From positions 1 to 53,565 of the forward strand of contig JBBTYP010000004.1 of NCBI GenBank assembly GCA_038061715.1: a DNA stretch of 53,565 nt, given 5' to 3'. Positions 9,801 to 19,885 of this stretch are shown here, in pieces. Source of the DNA: Patescibacteria group bacterium (GTDB taxonomy: Bacteria > Patescibacteriota > Minisyncoccia > Phycocordibacterales > UBA918). The notes below the pieces were generated by a model. The model was not told the DNA's origin, ran no database searches, and saw only the letters and a list, made by a program, of their open reading frames with translations. Made by a program: the position numbers and the translations under genes. Every line of letters starts with the position of its first letter. The first letter of the stretch is position 1.

Positions 9801-10433
9801 ATGCTGGATAGAATTAGGAAGATCTACGGTGGGCGAGAGAATCGTGCCTCGTTCTTCAACATCGTGTCGCGCTACTTTGCGAAAGGAAGTGCCGACTACA
9901 TTTTAATTGAACGTGCTTACAGCACGGCCAAGGATGCCTTCCGCCAGGAGTCACGTGATGACGGTGAGCGTTATTTCGAGCATCTACGAGCAGTAGCACT
10001 CATCCTTATGGTCTATATGAGAGTTATGGATGCTAACGTCATTGCAGCGGGCTTACTTCACGATATTGTGGAAGACATTGAACATTGGAGCCAAGAACGC
10101 TTGGCCACCGAATTCAATCATGATATCGGGGAGTTGGTATGGTGGGTTTCAAAACCATCGCTCGACAAATTTCTCGGAAATAAGGCAGCCCGCAATCGCG
10201 CCTACCACAAGAATCTGAGGCGGGCCCCACGGCGAGCCATCCTCATCAAACTGGCTGACCGGCTACACAATCTGCTGACGCTGTGGAATTGTGAGGAAGA
10301 AAAACAGCGTCGTAAGGTTGACGAGACTCAGCACTTTTACGTTCCGATTGCGGAAGATGAGTTTGTCTTGATCCACGAACTCGAAGCCGCCATCAACGAA
10401 CTCGAGGCGTCCTGGGTAAAGTTGACTGAATAA
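9801..10433 (+). CDS. HD-domain protein, RelA/SpoT-type (p)ppGpp hydrolase-like (no synthetase domain)
   Basis: 210 aa. HLRAVALIL...LLHDIVEDI HD motif. Good SD AAGGAGA 6 nt upstream of the ATG. Confidence 0.75.
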   Translation: MLDRIRKIYGGRENRASFFNIVSRYFAKGSADYILIERAYSTAKDAFRQESRDDGERYFEHLRAVALILMVYMRVMDANVIAAGLLHDIVEDIEHWSQERLATEFNHDIGELVWWVSKPSLDKFLGNKAARNRAYHKNLRRAPRRAILIKLADRLHNLLTLWNCEEEKQRRKVDETQHFYVPIAEDEFVLIHELEAAINELEASWVKLTE

Positions 10434-10444
10434 AGATTTTTAAG

Positions 10445-10475
10445 GAGGCCGGACTAACAACCGGCCTCGCTTTTT
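10445..10475 (+). terminator. Rho-independent terminator
   Basis: Stem GAGGCCGG (10445-10452) / CCGGCCTC (10461-10468), then GC and T5. Confidence 0.8.
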
Positions 10476-10506
10476 ATATTTAACAAATCGAAGTATACTC
10501 ACTTTT

Positions 10507-12528
10507 GTGAAATTTGAAATTTCAACAGACAAAACACCGGCGGGGGATCAACCGCAAGCGATTGAAAAGCTGGTGACAGGTATAAAAGCTGGACATAAGC
10601 GCCAGACCCTTTTAGGTGTGACGGGATCGGGCAAGACCTTTACGGCGGCTAATGTTATACAGCAAGTTCAAAAACCGACGCTTGTCATTGCACACAACAA
10701 AACTCTTGCTGCTCAACTAGCACAAGAGTATCGCGACTTTTTCCCTAACAACGCTGTGCATTACTTTGTTTCATACTACGACTACTACCAGCCAGAGGCC
10801 TACATGCCGACCAGTGATACCTATATTGAAAAGGAATCACAAATCAACGAAGAAATAGATCGACTCCGTCATGCCTCTACCCAAGCCTTGCTCACGAGAC
10901 GAGACGTAATTATCGTCGCTTCGGTTTCATGCATCTATGGTTTAGGAGCACCAGCTGAGTACTTAAAAAAGCACCTTAAGATTGAAAAGGGTTATGAGAC
11001 TACCCGAGCCGACATGATACGCACGTTGGTTGATTTGTATTTTGAACGAACTAACGCCGATTTAACACCGGCACATTTTCGAGCCGTTGGAAACACAATT
11101 GAGATTATGCCGACCAACGAGCGAGTCATTTTTCGACTTGGTTTCACTGGTAACAAGATTACTGAAATTACAAAAATTGACCCGGTCACCCGTGCCATTA
11201 TTTCCGAACCAGAAGCCTTTTTTCTTTTTCCAGCTAAGCACTTTGTGACGCCTGAGAATGAGCGAAAAGTGGCTATTTCCGATATCAAAATTGAGCTTGA
11301 TGAGCAGCTAAAAAAGTTTAAAAAAGAAGGTAAACTGCTTGAAGCGGAGCGCTTGCGCCGTCGTACTGAGTACGACATCGCCATGATGCGAGAGGTCGGT
11401 TATTGCAATGGCATTGAAAACTACTCGAGGCACTTTGATCGCCGTAAGTCGGGTGAAGCGCCGTACACGCTGCTATCGTACTTCCCCCACAATGAGGATG
11501 GCACACCAGACTTCTTGACCATTATCGATGAATCACACGTTACTATCCCGCAACTCAACGGGATGTTTGCGGGCGACCGCTCACGTAAGGATACGCTTGT
11601 CGAATTCGGTTTTCGTTTGCCGAGCGCAGTCGATAACCGTCCGCTCAAATTTGCTGAATTTGAAGAAAGAGTCGGGCAACAAATTTACACTACAGCTACA
11701 CCGGGAAGGTTCGAAATGGCAAAACTCGAAGAAGCGGGTCTTAAACCAGTGGAACAAATTATTCGCCCGACTGGTCTGGTCGATCCAATTATTGATGTGC
11801 GACCGATTGTCGAGAAAGACGCCTACCCTGGGCAAGTGAAGGACTTTATTGACGAATCAGTTAAAGTGATTAAAGGAGGAGCTCGTGTACTGGTAACTAC
11901 GCTCACCAAGCGCATGGCCGAGGATTTGACTGATTTTCTGACTGAAAAGGGAATTAATACTAAGTACATTCACAGTGATGTTGATACTATCGAGCGAATT
12001 GAAATCTTGACCGACTTTCGTCGCGGAAAGTTTGATTGCTTAGTTGGGGTAAATCTTCTTCGAGAAGGGTTAGATTTGCCCGAGGTAGAGCTGGTGGCGA
12101 TTCTTGATGCAGACAAGGCCGGTTTTTTACGTAGCGAAACTGCCCTCATTCAGACCATCGGTCGGGCGGCTCGAAATGTTAACGGCCGCGTGGTTCTCTA
12201 CGCTGACGAAATGACGGGCGCCCTAGAGTATGCGATAGGGGAAACCGATCGCCGCCGCGATAGACAGATTGCTTACAATACCGCTCACGGGATTACACCG
12301 ACTACTATTGCTAAAGAAATTAAGTCTATTACTGACCAAATGCGCTCGGAACATGATGAAACGGTTGATACTCTTTTAAAAATAGACATGGAACTCTTTA
12401 GGAAAAACCCAGTAAAAGTGCTAAAGGAAAAGAGGCGACAAATGGAAGAGGCTGTGGCCGGGTTGGACTTTGAAACTGCCGCCATTATACGAGATGAGAT
12501 TGCCTATTTGGAAAAGCACCGTGCATAG
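10507..12528 (+). CDS. uvrB: Excinuclease ABC subunit B
   Basis: 673 aa, GTG start. Motifs PAGDQPQAI, Walker A GVTGSGKTFT, beta-hairpin YYDYYQPEAY, DESH, and a C-terminal UVR motif DFETAAIIRDEI. Confidence 0.97.
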   Translation: MKFEISTDKTPAGDQPQAIEKLVTGIKAGHKRQTLLGVTGSGKTFTAANVIQQVQKPTLVIAHNKTLAAQLAQEYRDFFPNNAVHYFVSYYDYYQPEAYMPTSDTYIEKESQINEEIDRLRHASTQALLTRRDVIIVASVSCIYGLGAPAEYLKKHLKIEKGYETTRADMIRTLVDLYFERTNADLTPAHFRAVGNTIEIMPTNERVIFRLGFTGNKITEITKIDPVTRAIISEPEAFFLFPAKHFVTPENERKVAISDIKIELDEQLKKFKKEGKLLEAERLRRRTEYDIAMMREVGYCNGIENYSRHFDRRKSGEAPYTLLSYFPHNEDGTPDFLTIIDESHVTIPQLNGMFAGDRSRKDTLVEFGFRLPSAVDNRPLKFAEFEERVGQQIYTTATPGRFEMAKLEEAGLKPVEQIIRPTGLVDPIIDVRPIVEKDAYPGQVKDFIDESVKVIKGGARVLVTTLTKRMAEDLTDFLTEKGINTKYIHSDVDTIERIEILTDFRRGKFDCLVGVNLLREGLDLPEVELVAILDADKAGFLRSETALIQTIGRAARNVNGRVVLYADEMTGALEYAIGETDRRRDRQIAYNTAHGITPTTIAKEIKSITDQMRSEHDETVDTLLKIDMELFRKNPVKVLKEKRRQMEEAVAGLDFETAAIIRDEIAYLEKHRA

Positions 12529-12551
12529 TTGGCCTTGAGACAGCTATGCCT

Positions 12552-12560
12552 TGCTATACT
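12552..12560 (+). promoter_or_regulatory. Extended -10 element TGcTATACT, 6 nt upstream of the ATG at 12567
   Basis: TGCTATACT followed by TAAAGT, then ATG. No SD present. Confidence 0.4.
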
Positions 12561-12566
12561 TAAAGT

Positions 12567-13376
12567 ATGTCAGTGATTGAAGGGAAACGCGTAACGTTTG
12601 TCGGTAGTCAGATACCAGCAACCGAACGCTTACTAAAGGCGCTTAAAACCGAGAGAGCACAAATTTCAAATGTTTCATGCGCTATAACACCAGACAATTT
12701 AAGTCTTTTAAAAGACTCCGATTTAATTATTCTTAATGAGCAAACAGAGAACCAAATCTGTTTTAATCTTCTCGCACAATTACAGAGCTCAAGACAGACA
12801 AATCACATTCCCGTTATAACTTTTGTTAGTAATATTGAAGCCAAAATCAATCAGGTCCTAATGCTGGGAGCAGCAGACTATTTAGTTCCAACAGAAAATA
12901 TTGATTCAATGCTGCAAAAAATAAAAGGCAGTTTTGGTTTTCCAAATACTTATGAAGGCGTTTCCAAAGTTGATCTGACAGAAACAAATCTGTCTCCAGT
13001 TACTGATGGCGTTAAAGTGTACGTGATAGAAGATGATCCACTTTTAAGGGCCCTACTGGCGGCAAAATTTGATATGAGTAGTGTTGTCTACGACTTTTCT
13101 CACGATGGTATAAATGTGGCTGAAAAGATTCGTAACTTTTGTCCCTCGGCTATTCTCTTGGACATTATGATTAGTGCGGTTAATGGTCTCGACATATTGG
13201 AAGTCATTAAGCAAACTCCTGACCTAAGTAAAATACCAGTCGTGGTGTTTTCCAATCAAGACTCTGATGACGAACGTAGACGGGCCGCGTCGCTTGGTGC
13301 AAGTAATTACCTAGTCAAAGCTACCACTGACTTGTCTGATTTGGTAAAAATACTTGCAACGGTATCAAAAAAATAG
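12567..13376 (+). CDS. Response regulator without an output domain: N-terminal pseudo-receiver plus C-terminal receiver
   Basis: The C-terminal half is a canonical REC domain (VYVIEDDPLL...ILLDIMISAVNG...VVVFSNQ...NYLVKA). In the N-terminal half the acceptor position reads DLIILNEQ (Asn where Asp is expected). Confidence 0.8.
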   Translation: MSVIEGKRVTFVGSQIPATERLLKALKTERAQISNVSCAITPDNLSLLKDSDLIILNEQTENQICFNLLAQLQSSRQTNHIPVITFVSNIEAKINQVLMLGAADYLVPTENIDSMLQKIKGSFGFPNTYEGVSKVDLTETNLSPVTDGVKVYVIEDDPLLRALLAAKFDMSSVVYDFSHDGINVAEKIRNFCPSAILLDIMISAVNGLDILEVIKQTPDLSKIPVVVFSNQDSDDERRRAASLGASNYLVKATTDLSDLVKILATVSKK

Positions 13377-13417
13377 TTTATCGACAGTCAAAGTCCTATT
13401 TCGCACTGTAATTGGGC

Positions 13418-13423
13418 TATAAT
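13418..13423 (+). promoter_or_regulatory. -10 hexamer TATAAT, 6 nt upstream of the ATG at 13430
   Basis: TATAAT then CAATTT then ATG. The TTG at 13412 used by the ORF track would lie upstream of the predicted transcription start. Confidence 0.35.
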
Positions 13424-13429
13424 CAATTT

Positions 13430-15853
13430 ATGCCTGTCAGGAGGGTCTCTTTGGATAGTAAAAAGGAACCGGTCAAAAAACCTGCTCTCTCTATGCTCAT
13501 GCCCGACAAAACTCCAAAAGCTGTCGCGGCCCGCAATCTTGCAGTTAAACGGATGTTTACTGCAAGTCCTAAACGGGGAGCCAAAAGCAAACCAGTAGTT
13601 AAAATTTCAAACACTAGGACAATTTCTAAGACTTCAGTTGCCAAAGCTGTTAAAAAATCCACTCCTACTCGAATCAGAACAAGGACGAAATCTGAGATCA
13701 AAATTGAGTCAAAAGTAATAAGCTCGGAGTCTGCAATTACACTGCCTGAACGGATCAGTGTCAGGGCTCAAGAAAAAACTCTGGCAATTTTGAGCACGAT
13801 CACAAAGGATTTTAAACACTCAGCCGAAAGGGTTTCGTACGTTGCTGGCTTCTGTTTTGTAGTATTTGGCTCTTATTTATCTTTATCATTTTCTGGCGCT
13901 TTACCTGACATTCTTACACCCCAAGTGGCACAACTGATTTCTGGAACAAACAGTACCAACAATACAATCATTGCTCCTACCACGTGGATAACTAATTACC
14001 CAAAACCAACCTTTTCTTTACACGACCCGTTACCGCCAGTAATTGAAACAATTTCTAAACACACAATTGAAGTCACTAATGCCGAGCTGACTGATGCGAC
14101 TCTGTATTCAATTGAGACAGGGCAGACTTTTGATGCTCAAATTGAAGAGATTGTCGATAACACCTTCAGGTTGATAATTGACCCTAACGCCTTAGCGCCG
14201 TCACGATACGTACTAAAGGTAAGATTGAGTTCAATTTACGACGACAGTAAGTACATATTTAAAGTAGGTGAGTTTCAAGTAAGACTTCCTGTAACAGCTG
14301 CTCCGACCGAAAGTAATGGAAACAATAGTAGCTCTACTAGCAGCACAACTACAGATACGGATTTAAATTCAAGTGAAACTACCACCGCAAACTCTGATGA
14401 AGCCCTGGATGATGTACCTATCAAGGAAGTACTAACGGTTACAACGGCCGGTTCCGTTTTGAGTGGAAGATCTGCAATACATGTCGTCGCGCCAACTGAG
14501 GCTCGTATAGTTGAACTCTTTGTGCGACCACTGAAGTCTTCGACGAAGCGGTTTATAGGTTTGGCAGAGAAGCACGGCGACTGGTGGCAGTACTTTTTTA
14601 ATACTGTTGACGTTCCAAACGGTGAGTATGAAATAGTGGCTAGAACCAAAGTTGGAAATGAGTTTCTGGAAGACAGCACAGCTCGAATTTTGATTTCAAA
14701 CTTTACGCCTTCTCCCTCAGCGCCTGTAAACCCAACCCCAGAAGATGTGACTGCAATTGAACCAGAAGTGGAGATGGATGCTGACAACAGCCGTTCATTT
14801 TCTGATGCAGCATTCTCTACTGTCGGTAGTGGTGTAAATATTGAGGAGAGTGCCAGTTCAACCGAGTTTGAAACCGCGTTAGACATCGACTCAGTAGTCG
14901 GTACTTATCGTAACGACATTGAAGACGCGTTGAAACGTTATGCGGTTGCCAGACAATCAGAAAACCCTCTCATGCTTGAGCTCGCCGAGCGCGAACTACA
15001 AGAAATGCGAAACATAATAGTGCATGATGTCCTACTTGATTCGACTTTGAGCGATCTTGGTGACGATGTCGACACAATTTTGCAAGAACGTTTTGTTGAT
15101 ATCAAAAACCGGATTGATACTTTTGAGGAACTTCGTCGCACAGCGACAGAACGAGCTTCAGCTTTCGATCGCGATCGCGATGGGATTTCTGACTTCGATG
15201 AGGCCAATTTGTATCAGTCCGATCCAGACAAGTCTGACACTGACAACGACGGAGTCACAGATGGTATCGAGGTGATGGGAGGATTCGACCCGCTTGATCC
15301 GCAGGCAGAAGTGATTGTTGCCTACGAAATGCCGCAAGACACAGTGGGTTTGATCGAAGACGATCTTCTCAAAATTGAAGGTGTTTCACCAGTTATTAAG
15401 ACCGATGATCCGACGGTGGCTCCAACGGTGCAGGCCGAGATTCGCGGACAGGGACTTCCAAATAGTTTTGTTACAATTTATGTTTTTAGTGCTCCGACCA
15501 TAGTCACAGTGAGAACAAGCGAAGATGGTTCATTTGTATATACGTTTGAAAAGGAGCTTGAAGACGGTGAACACGAAATATACGTAGCGGTAACCGACAA
15601 TACAGGTGCAATTATGGCACGTAGCAATCCATTTAAATTTATCAAGAAAGCCGAAGCGTTTTCTCCTGTTGCCGGCCCAGTGATTACTCCACCCGATAAT
15701 ACTCTTAGCGGAATTCAGATTTTCGGTACGTTTAATGTTGCAATCGGTTTGGGAATTTTGGCTTTTGGAATGATTCTTCTTATGCTCGGTGCGACTCTAA
15801 AGGAGCGTCAGGGTTTTTTGATGACATCTCCTAAAAATAATATCAATGCTTAG
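13430..15853 (+). CDS. Giant double-anchored surface protein with thrombospondin type-3-like Ca-binding repeats and an Ig-like domain
   Basis: A basic N-terminal tail is followed by TM VAGFCFVVFGSYLSLSF. Then come a Ser/Thr-rich linker (NGNNSSSTSSTTTDTD) and DRDRDGISDFDE...DPDKSDTDNDGVTDGIE repeats. An Ig-like segment (EIRGQGLPNSFVTIYVFS...EHEIYVAVTDNTG) precedes the C-terminal TM IGLGILAFGMILLMLGA. ATG 13430 is preferred over TTG 13412. Confidence 0.7.
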   Translation: MPVRRVSLDSKKEPVKKPALSMLMPDKTPKAVAARNLAVKRMFTASPKRGAKSKPVVKISNTRTISKTSVAKAVKKSTPTRIRTRTKSEIKIESKVISSESAITLPERISVRAQEKTLAILSTITKDFKHSAERVSYVAGFCFVVFGSYLSLSFSGALPDILTPQVAQLISGTNSTNNTIIAPTTWITNYPKPTFSLHDPLPPVIETISKHTIEVTNAELTDATLYSIETGQTFDAQIEEIVDNTFRLIIDPNALAPSRYVLKVRLSSIYDDSKYIFKVGEFQVRLPVTAAPTESNGNNSSSTSSTTTDTDLNSSETTTANSDEALDDVPIKEVLTVTTAGSVLSGRSAIHVVAPTEARIVELFVRPLKSSTKRFIGLAEKHGDWWQYFFNTVDVPNGEYEIVARTKVGNEFLEDSTARILISNFTPSPSAPVNPTPEDVTAIEPEVEMDADNSRSFSDAAFSTVGSGVNIEESASSTEFETALDIDSVVGTYRNDIEDALKRYAVARQSENPLMLELAERELQEMRNIIVHDVLLDSTLSDLGDDVDTILQERFVDIKNRIDTFEELRRTATERASAFDRDRDGISDFDEANLYQSDPDKSDTDNDGVTDGIEVMGGFDPLDPQAEVIVAYEMPQDTVGLIEDDLLKIEGVSPVIKTDDPTVAPTVQAEIRGQGLPNSFVTIYVFSAPTIVTVRTSEDGSFVYTFEKELEDGEHEIYVAVTDNTGAIMARSNPFKFIKKAEAFSPVAGPVITPPDNTLSGIQIFGTFNVAIGLGILAFGMILLMLGATLKERQGFLMTSPKNNINA

Positions 15854-17171
15854 AAATTACTTTAAAACTGGTCTTCACGTACTGTATAGCAGCAATCGGT
15901 TACTTTTTGTAGTGTCTTTGCTGTTTATTTTTCCATTACTATTCTTGTATATTACAAACACTTTTGCCGAAACAGCAAAACTGAATATTGAGACAGCAGA
16001 AAAAAGGCGAGTGGCTGTGCTGCATGATTCACTTCAGGTTCTGGTCGGCTCGTATAACGAAAATCAGGCCTTGTTGCGTGAATTTCTAACTCTACAACAG
16101 CGCGAAACACCCGACGTAACAGAAATTCGCATTACTAAAAAGACAGCCGAAGGTTACCTGATTGTTGAGTCGTATGACGACCAAAAGGAGGGTTCGTATG
16201 AATCTGTTACTGACATGTACTCAACCGCACAGCCCGGGATAAATAGCTCGCTCATTTTTGAATTTACCAATCATGACGAGCGAACTTGGCAGGTAGTTAG
16301 AGCAATCACTGTCGGTGCAGAAAGCTATTATGTTTTAAGTGAACACACCTTTAAAGACATTGACAGTTTGATGCAGGCTCGTAAGCAGCAATCTTACCTA
16401 GGATTGACGGCTATTTTCGCTTTTCTTATTGCCTTGGCTTACTGGTTTGGTAGACAAATCGATTGGCATAAACGCTACGATATTTTGGCTGCCAAAATGA
16501 AAGAGCGAGATCTTTTTACGACCATGATTGCCCATGAATTTCGAACACCTCTGACAGCCATTCGTGGCTACAATAGCTTTTTGGCAGAGTCCATCTCTAT
16601 CAGTGAACAGGAAAAAACTTTCGTCACTGCTATTTCACAATCTACTGATAGACTTTTGGCATTAGTAAATGATTTTCTTGAAGTTGCTAAGATTCAATCT
16701 GGAAAGATGGATTTAATCAAGAGTACCGTTGATGTACAGCCAATTATCATGGCAGTTTGCGAAGCATTACAACCAATTGCAAGGGAAAAGAAGCTTGAGC
16801 TTTCCTTTCACAAGCTAGCTGTCCCAATTGTCATTAACACAGATACAAAAAGGCTTTACCAAATTTTGCAAAATCTTATTTCAAACGCACTAAAATATAC
16901 CAAGCAAGGTGCGATAGAGGTTACTCTCGACGTCACTCCTAAAACCATTTCAATTAGAATTAAGGATACTGGCATGGGTATCACTGCAGACGATCAACAG
17001 AAACTCTTTGCGCCATTTGCTCGGGTTGGTGGAGTAGAAAAGACGAGCATAACTGGGACGGGACTTGGGATGTGGATTACCAAGCAGTTGGTGGCTGCTC
17101 TTGATGGAACTATCACCGTTGAGTCAATTAAAGACATTGGTACGCATGTCGTTTTAGGGTTTAGACGCTAG
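15846..17171 (+). CDS. Sensor histidine kinase (2 TM, HisKA, HATPase_c)
   Basis: H-box HEFRTPLTAIRGY. N box LISNALKYT. G boxes IKDTGMGI and GTGLGMWI. The start overlaps the upstream stop (ATGCTTAG). Confidence 0.9.
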   Translation: MLRNYFKTGLHVLYSSNRLLFVVSLLFIFPLLFLYITNTFAETAKLNIETAEKRRVAVLHDSLQVLVGSYNENQALLREFLTLQQRETPDVTEIRITKKTAEGYLIVESYDDQKEGSYESVTDMYSTAQPGINSSLIFEFTNHDERTWQVVRAITVGAESYYVLSEHTFKDIDSLMQARKQQSYLGLTAIFAFLIALAYWFGRQIDWHKRYDILAAKMKERDLFTTMIAHEFRTPLTAIRGYNSFLAESISISEQEKTFVTAISQSTDRLLALVNDFLEVAKIQSGKMDLIKSTVDVQPIIMAVCEALQPIAREKKLELSFHKLAVPIVINTDTKRLYQILQNLISNALKYTKQGAIEVTLDVTPKTISIRIKDTGMGITADDQQKLFAPFARVGGVEKTSITGTGLGMWITKQLVAALDGTITVESIKDIGTHVVLGFRR

Positions 17172-17243
17172 TTTGTAATGCTAGTGTTTGTGAGTATAAT
17201 GGTCCAGGTCTGACCATCACTACCAAGTGATGGCAATTACTGT

Positions 17244-19883
17244 ATGTCAAAAGAAAAACCGAAAAAGAATAGCAAAATTGAATGGAGTGCCGATGCGCAA
17301 AAGATTATTGTTCGTGGTGCCAGGACGCACAACTTAAAGAATATTAATGTTGAGATGCCTCGGGGGAAGATTATTGCCATTACTGGTCCATCTGGTTCGG
17401 GTAAATCCTCACTCGCCTTCGACACCATCTTTGCCGAGGGGCAGCGACGTTATGTTGAATCACTTTCACCTTACGCTCGTCAATTTCTAAATAAACTACA
17501 AAAGCCAGATGTCGATGAAATTTCTGGCCTTTCGCCCGCCATTTCCATAGATCAAAAGTCTGCCTCTCGCAATCCACGCTCAACAGTGGCGACAATTACC
17601 GAGATTTATGATTACTTGCGCATTCTTTACGCGCGAGTTGGGCAGCCGTATTGTCTTGATGTTGATGTACCGATTCAGAAACTATCACAAGATGAAATTT
17701 TAAATATTATTTTAAAATCTATTGAGGACAAAGAGGTAAGAGCGGCTAAGAAAAATGAGCAGGTAATGGGCATTGAAGTAAGTAAAGGTCGTGTTTCCAT
17801 CTTTTCGCCCGTAGTGGTTGGTCGAAAAGGTGAATACTATCAACTCCTCTACGACTTGCTGGGCAAGGGTTATGAAGTCGTAAAAATTGACGGAGAGATT
17901 AAGCAGCTACGAGAAAAAATTGAGCTCACAAAAACTAAGCGACACGATATCGACGTTCTGATTGACGAAATTTACGTCAGTGAGTTCACGAATGACCCAA
18001 AAGGCTCACGGGAACGACTATCGGAAGCAGTCGAATTAGCTCTGGTTCTTTCTAACGGCCTAGTGAAAGTCGAAAGTCCAGATAAAACTGAGCGTATCCT
18101 TTCAGCCAAATTTATTTGCCCGATTGATGGATCGTCATTTCCAGAAGTAGAACCAAGACTTTTTTCCTTCAACTCTCCTTATGGTGCTTGTCCCGAATGT
18201 AATGGACTAGGAGTCATAGGTATTTTCCAAAGTGACGAGTGTAATGTTTGCATGGGAGCCAGGCTTAGGCCAGAAGCTTTGCGGATTTATCTTGGTGGTG
18301 ACGGTAAAAAAGATTTGGGTATTAATATAGTAGCTTTTACCGCTATGACAGTGCAAGAGGCTATTTTGTTTATTAATAGTCTTAAGCTTTCAAAAAAACA
18401 GCAAGAGATTGCCTGGCCTGCCTTGCGTGAAGTGATCGAGCGACTTGATTTCATGCGCAATGTTGGAATCGAATATCTGACTCTTGATCGTCGCGCTAAC
18501 ACCCTCTCTGGTGGAGAGGCACAACGAATTAGATTGGCTTCGCAGCTTGGCTCAGGCCTGGTCGGGGCACTATACGTACTTGATGAACCGACTATTGGAC
18601 TGCATCAACGTGATAATGATCGCCTAATTAAAACCTTGCAAGAGCTTCGCGATTTAGGCAATACGATTATTGTTGTAGAACACGACGAAGATACTATCTA
18701 CGCTGCCGACTACCTAATAGACATCGGACCTGGAGCTGGCATTCACGGAGGGAAGGTAATTGTGGCAGATTACTTAGATAGGTTACTTTCGGCCAAAACT
18801 AACGAGTCTGGCTCGGTGACTCTCGATTATCTCCGTGGAGACAAAGCCATAGAAATACCCGAGCGGCGGGGAGGAGAAAAAGGGAAAATTCAAATCAGAG
18901 GTGGAAATGTATTTAATATTAAAAACCTCAATATCGACATTCCTCTGGGGCGACTTATTTGTGTCACCGGCGTATCTGGCTCGGGAAAATCTTCCTTCAT
19001 GTATGAAATTGTCGACAGAAATCTAAAGTCTCGTTTAGAGAAAAAACATCGTACCCCGCACACCTACAACTGCACAACCTTCACTGGTACCGAATATCTC
19101 GGTCGTTCAGTCTTAATCGACCAATCGCCAATCGGACGAACTCCGCGTAGCAACCCAGCCACCTACACTGGAGCCTTTACTCATATTCGCGATATGTTTG
19201 CTGCCACAGGTGAAGCGAAGGCTAGAGGCTGGAAACCTGGTCGTTTTAGTTTTAATGTAAAGGGTGGACGCTGTGAAGCTTGTCAAGGAAATGGTGAAAT
19301 TGCTGTGGAGATGCACTTTTTGCCGACGGTGTATGTAACTTGTGATGTCTGTGACGGTAAACGCTTTACCAAAGAAACGCTGGAAGTCACTTACAAGAAA
19401 AAGAACATTCACGAAGTCCTAAACATGACAATCGAAGAAGCAGAATTATTTTTTAGAGAAGTGCCAAGTATTCAGGAACGTCTACGCAGCATGCTTGATG
19501 TCGGTTTGGGCTACCTTTGTCTTGGCCAAAGTGCCACTACCCTATCAGGTGGTGAAGCTCAACGCGTAAAGATCGCGTCAGAACTGTATCGACCGCATAC
19601 CCAAAAAACCATCTACCTACTAGATGAACCGACCATCGGACTTCACTATGAAGATGTACGCAAGCTGATTGAAATTCTGCAGCAACTTGTCAATCACGGT
19701 AACACTGTAATGGTAATTGAGCATAATCTTGATTTGGTGAAGTGCGCTGACTACGTTATAGATATCGGGCCTGAAGGTGGCAAGAAAGGTGGTGAAATTA
19801 TCGCTAAAGGCACACCAGAGCAAATCGCTGCTAACCCGAAATCATATACTGGAAAGTATCTAAAAAAAATCTTAGAACGCTAA
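17244..19883 (+). CDS. uvrA: Excinuclease ABC subunit A (short form)
   Basis: 879 aa. Two ABC modules (GPSGSGKSSLAFDT, GVSGSGKSS) and two LSGGEAQR signatures. The CPEC and CNVC motifs are only 13 residues apart. Confidence 0.97.
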   Translation: MSKEKPKKNSKIEWSADAQKIIVRGARTHNLKNINVEMPRGKIIAITGPSGSGKSSLAFDTIFAEGQRRYVESLSPYARQFLNKLQKPDVDEISGLSPAISIDQKSASRNPRSTVATITEIYDYLRILYARVGQPYCLDVDVPIQKLSQDEILNIILKSIEDKEVRAAKKNEQVMGIEVSKGRVSIFSPVVVGRKGEYYQLLYDLLGKGYEVVKIDGEIKQLREKIELTKTKRHDIDVLIDEIYVSEFTNDPKGSRERLSEAVELALVLSNGLVKVESPDKTERILSAKFICPIDGSSFPEVEPRLFSFNSPYGACPECNGLGVIGIFQSDECNVCMGARLRPEALRIYLGGDGKKDLGINIVAFTAMTVQEAILFINSLKLSKKQQEIAWPALREVIERLDFMRNVGIEYLTLDRRANTLSGGEAQRIRLASQLGSGLVGALYVLDEPTIGLHQRDNDRLIKTLQELRDLGNTIIVVEHDEDTIYAADYLIDIGPGAGIHGGKVIVADYLDRLLSAKTNESGSVTLDYLRGDKAIEIPERRGGEKGKIQIRGGNVFNIKNLNIDIPLGRLICVTGVSGSGKSSFMYEIVDRNLKSRLEKKHRTPHTYNCTTFTGTEYLGRSVLIDQSPIGRTPRSNPATYTGAFTHIRDMFAATGEAKARGWKPGRFSFNVKGGRCEACQGNGEIAVEMHFLPTVYVTCDVCDGKRFTKETLEVTYKKKNIHEVLNMTIEEAELFFREVPSIQERLRSMLDVGLGYLCLGQSATTLSGGEAQRVKIASELYRPHTQKTIYLLDEPTIGLHYEDVRKLIEILQQLVNHGNTVMVIEHNLDLVKCADYVIDIGPEGGKKGGEIIAKGTPEQIAANPKSYTGKYLKKILER

Positions 19884-19885
19884 GT

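Noticed and set aside
14275-14886. 203-aa minus-strand ORF inside the giant surface-protein gene. Similar antisense ORFs occur at 7932-8318, 22936-23349, 24472-24846, 10992-11384 and 30867-31244.
   Set aside because: Each lies wholly within a well-supported gene on the opposite strand. They have low-complexity, Ser/Arg-rich shadow-frame composition, with no start context and no recognisable motifs.
10434-17243. Shared SOS/LexA-type operator upstream of uvrB and uvrA.
   Set aside because: There is no CTGT-N8-ACAG or GAAC-N4-GTTC box. The palindromes upstream of uvrA (GGTC-N7-GACC; CCATCAC-N5-GTGATGG) have no counterpart upstream of uvrB.
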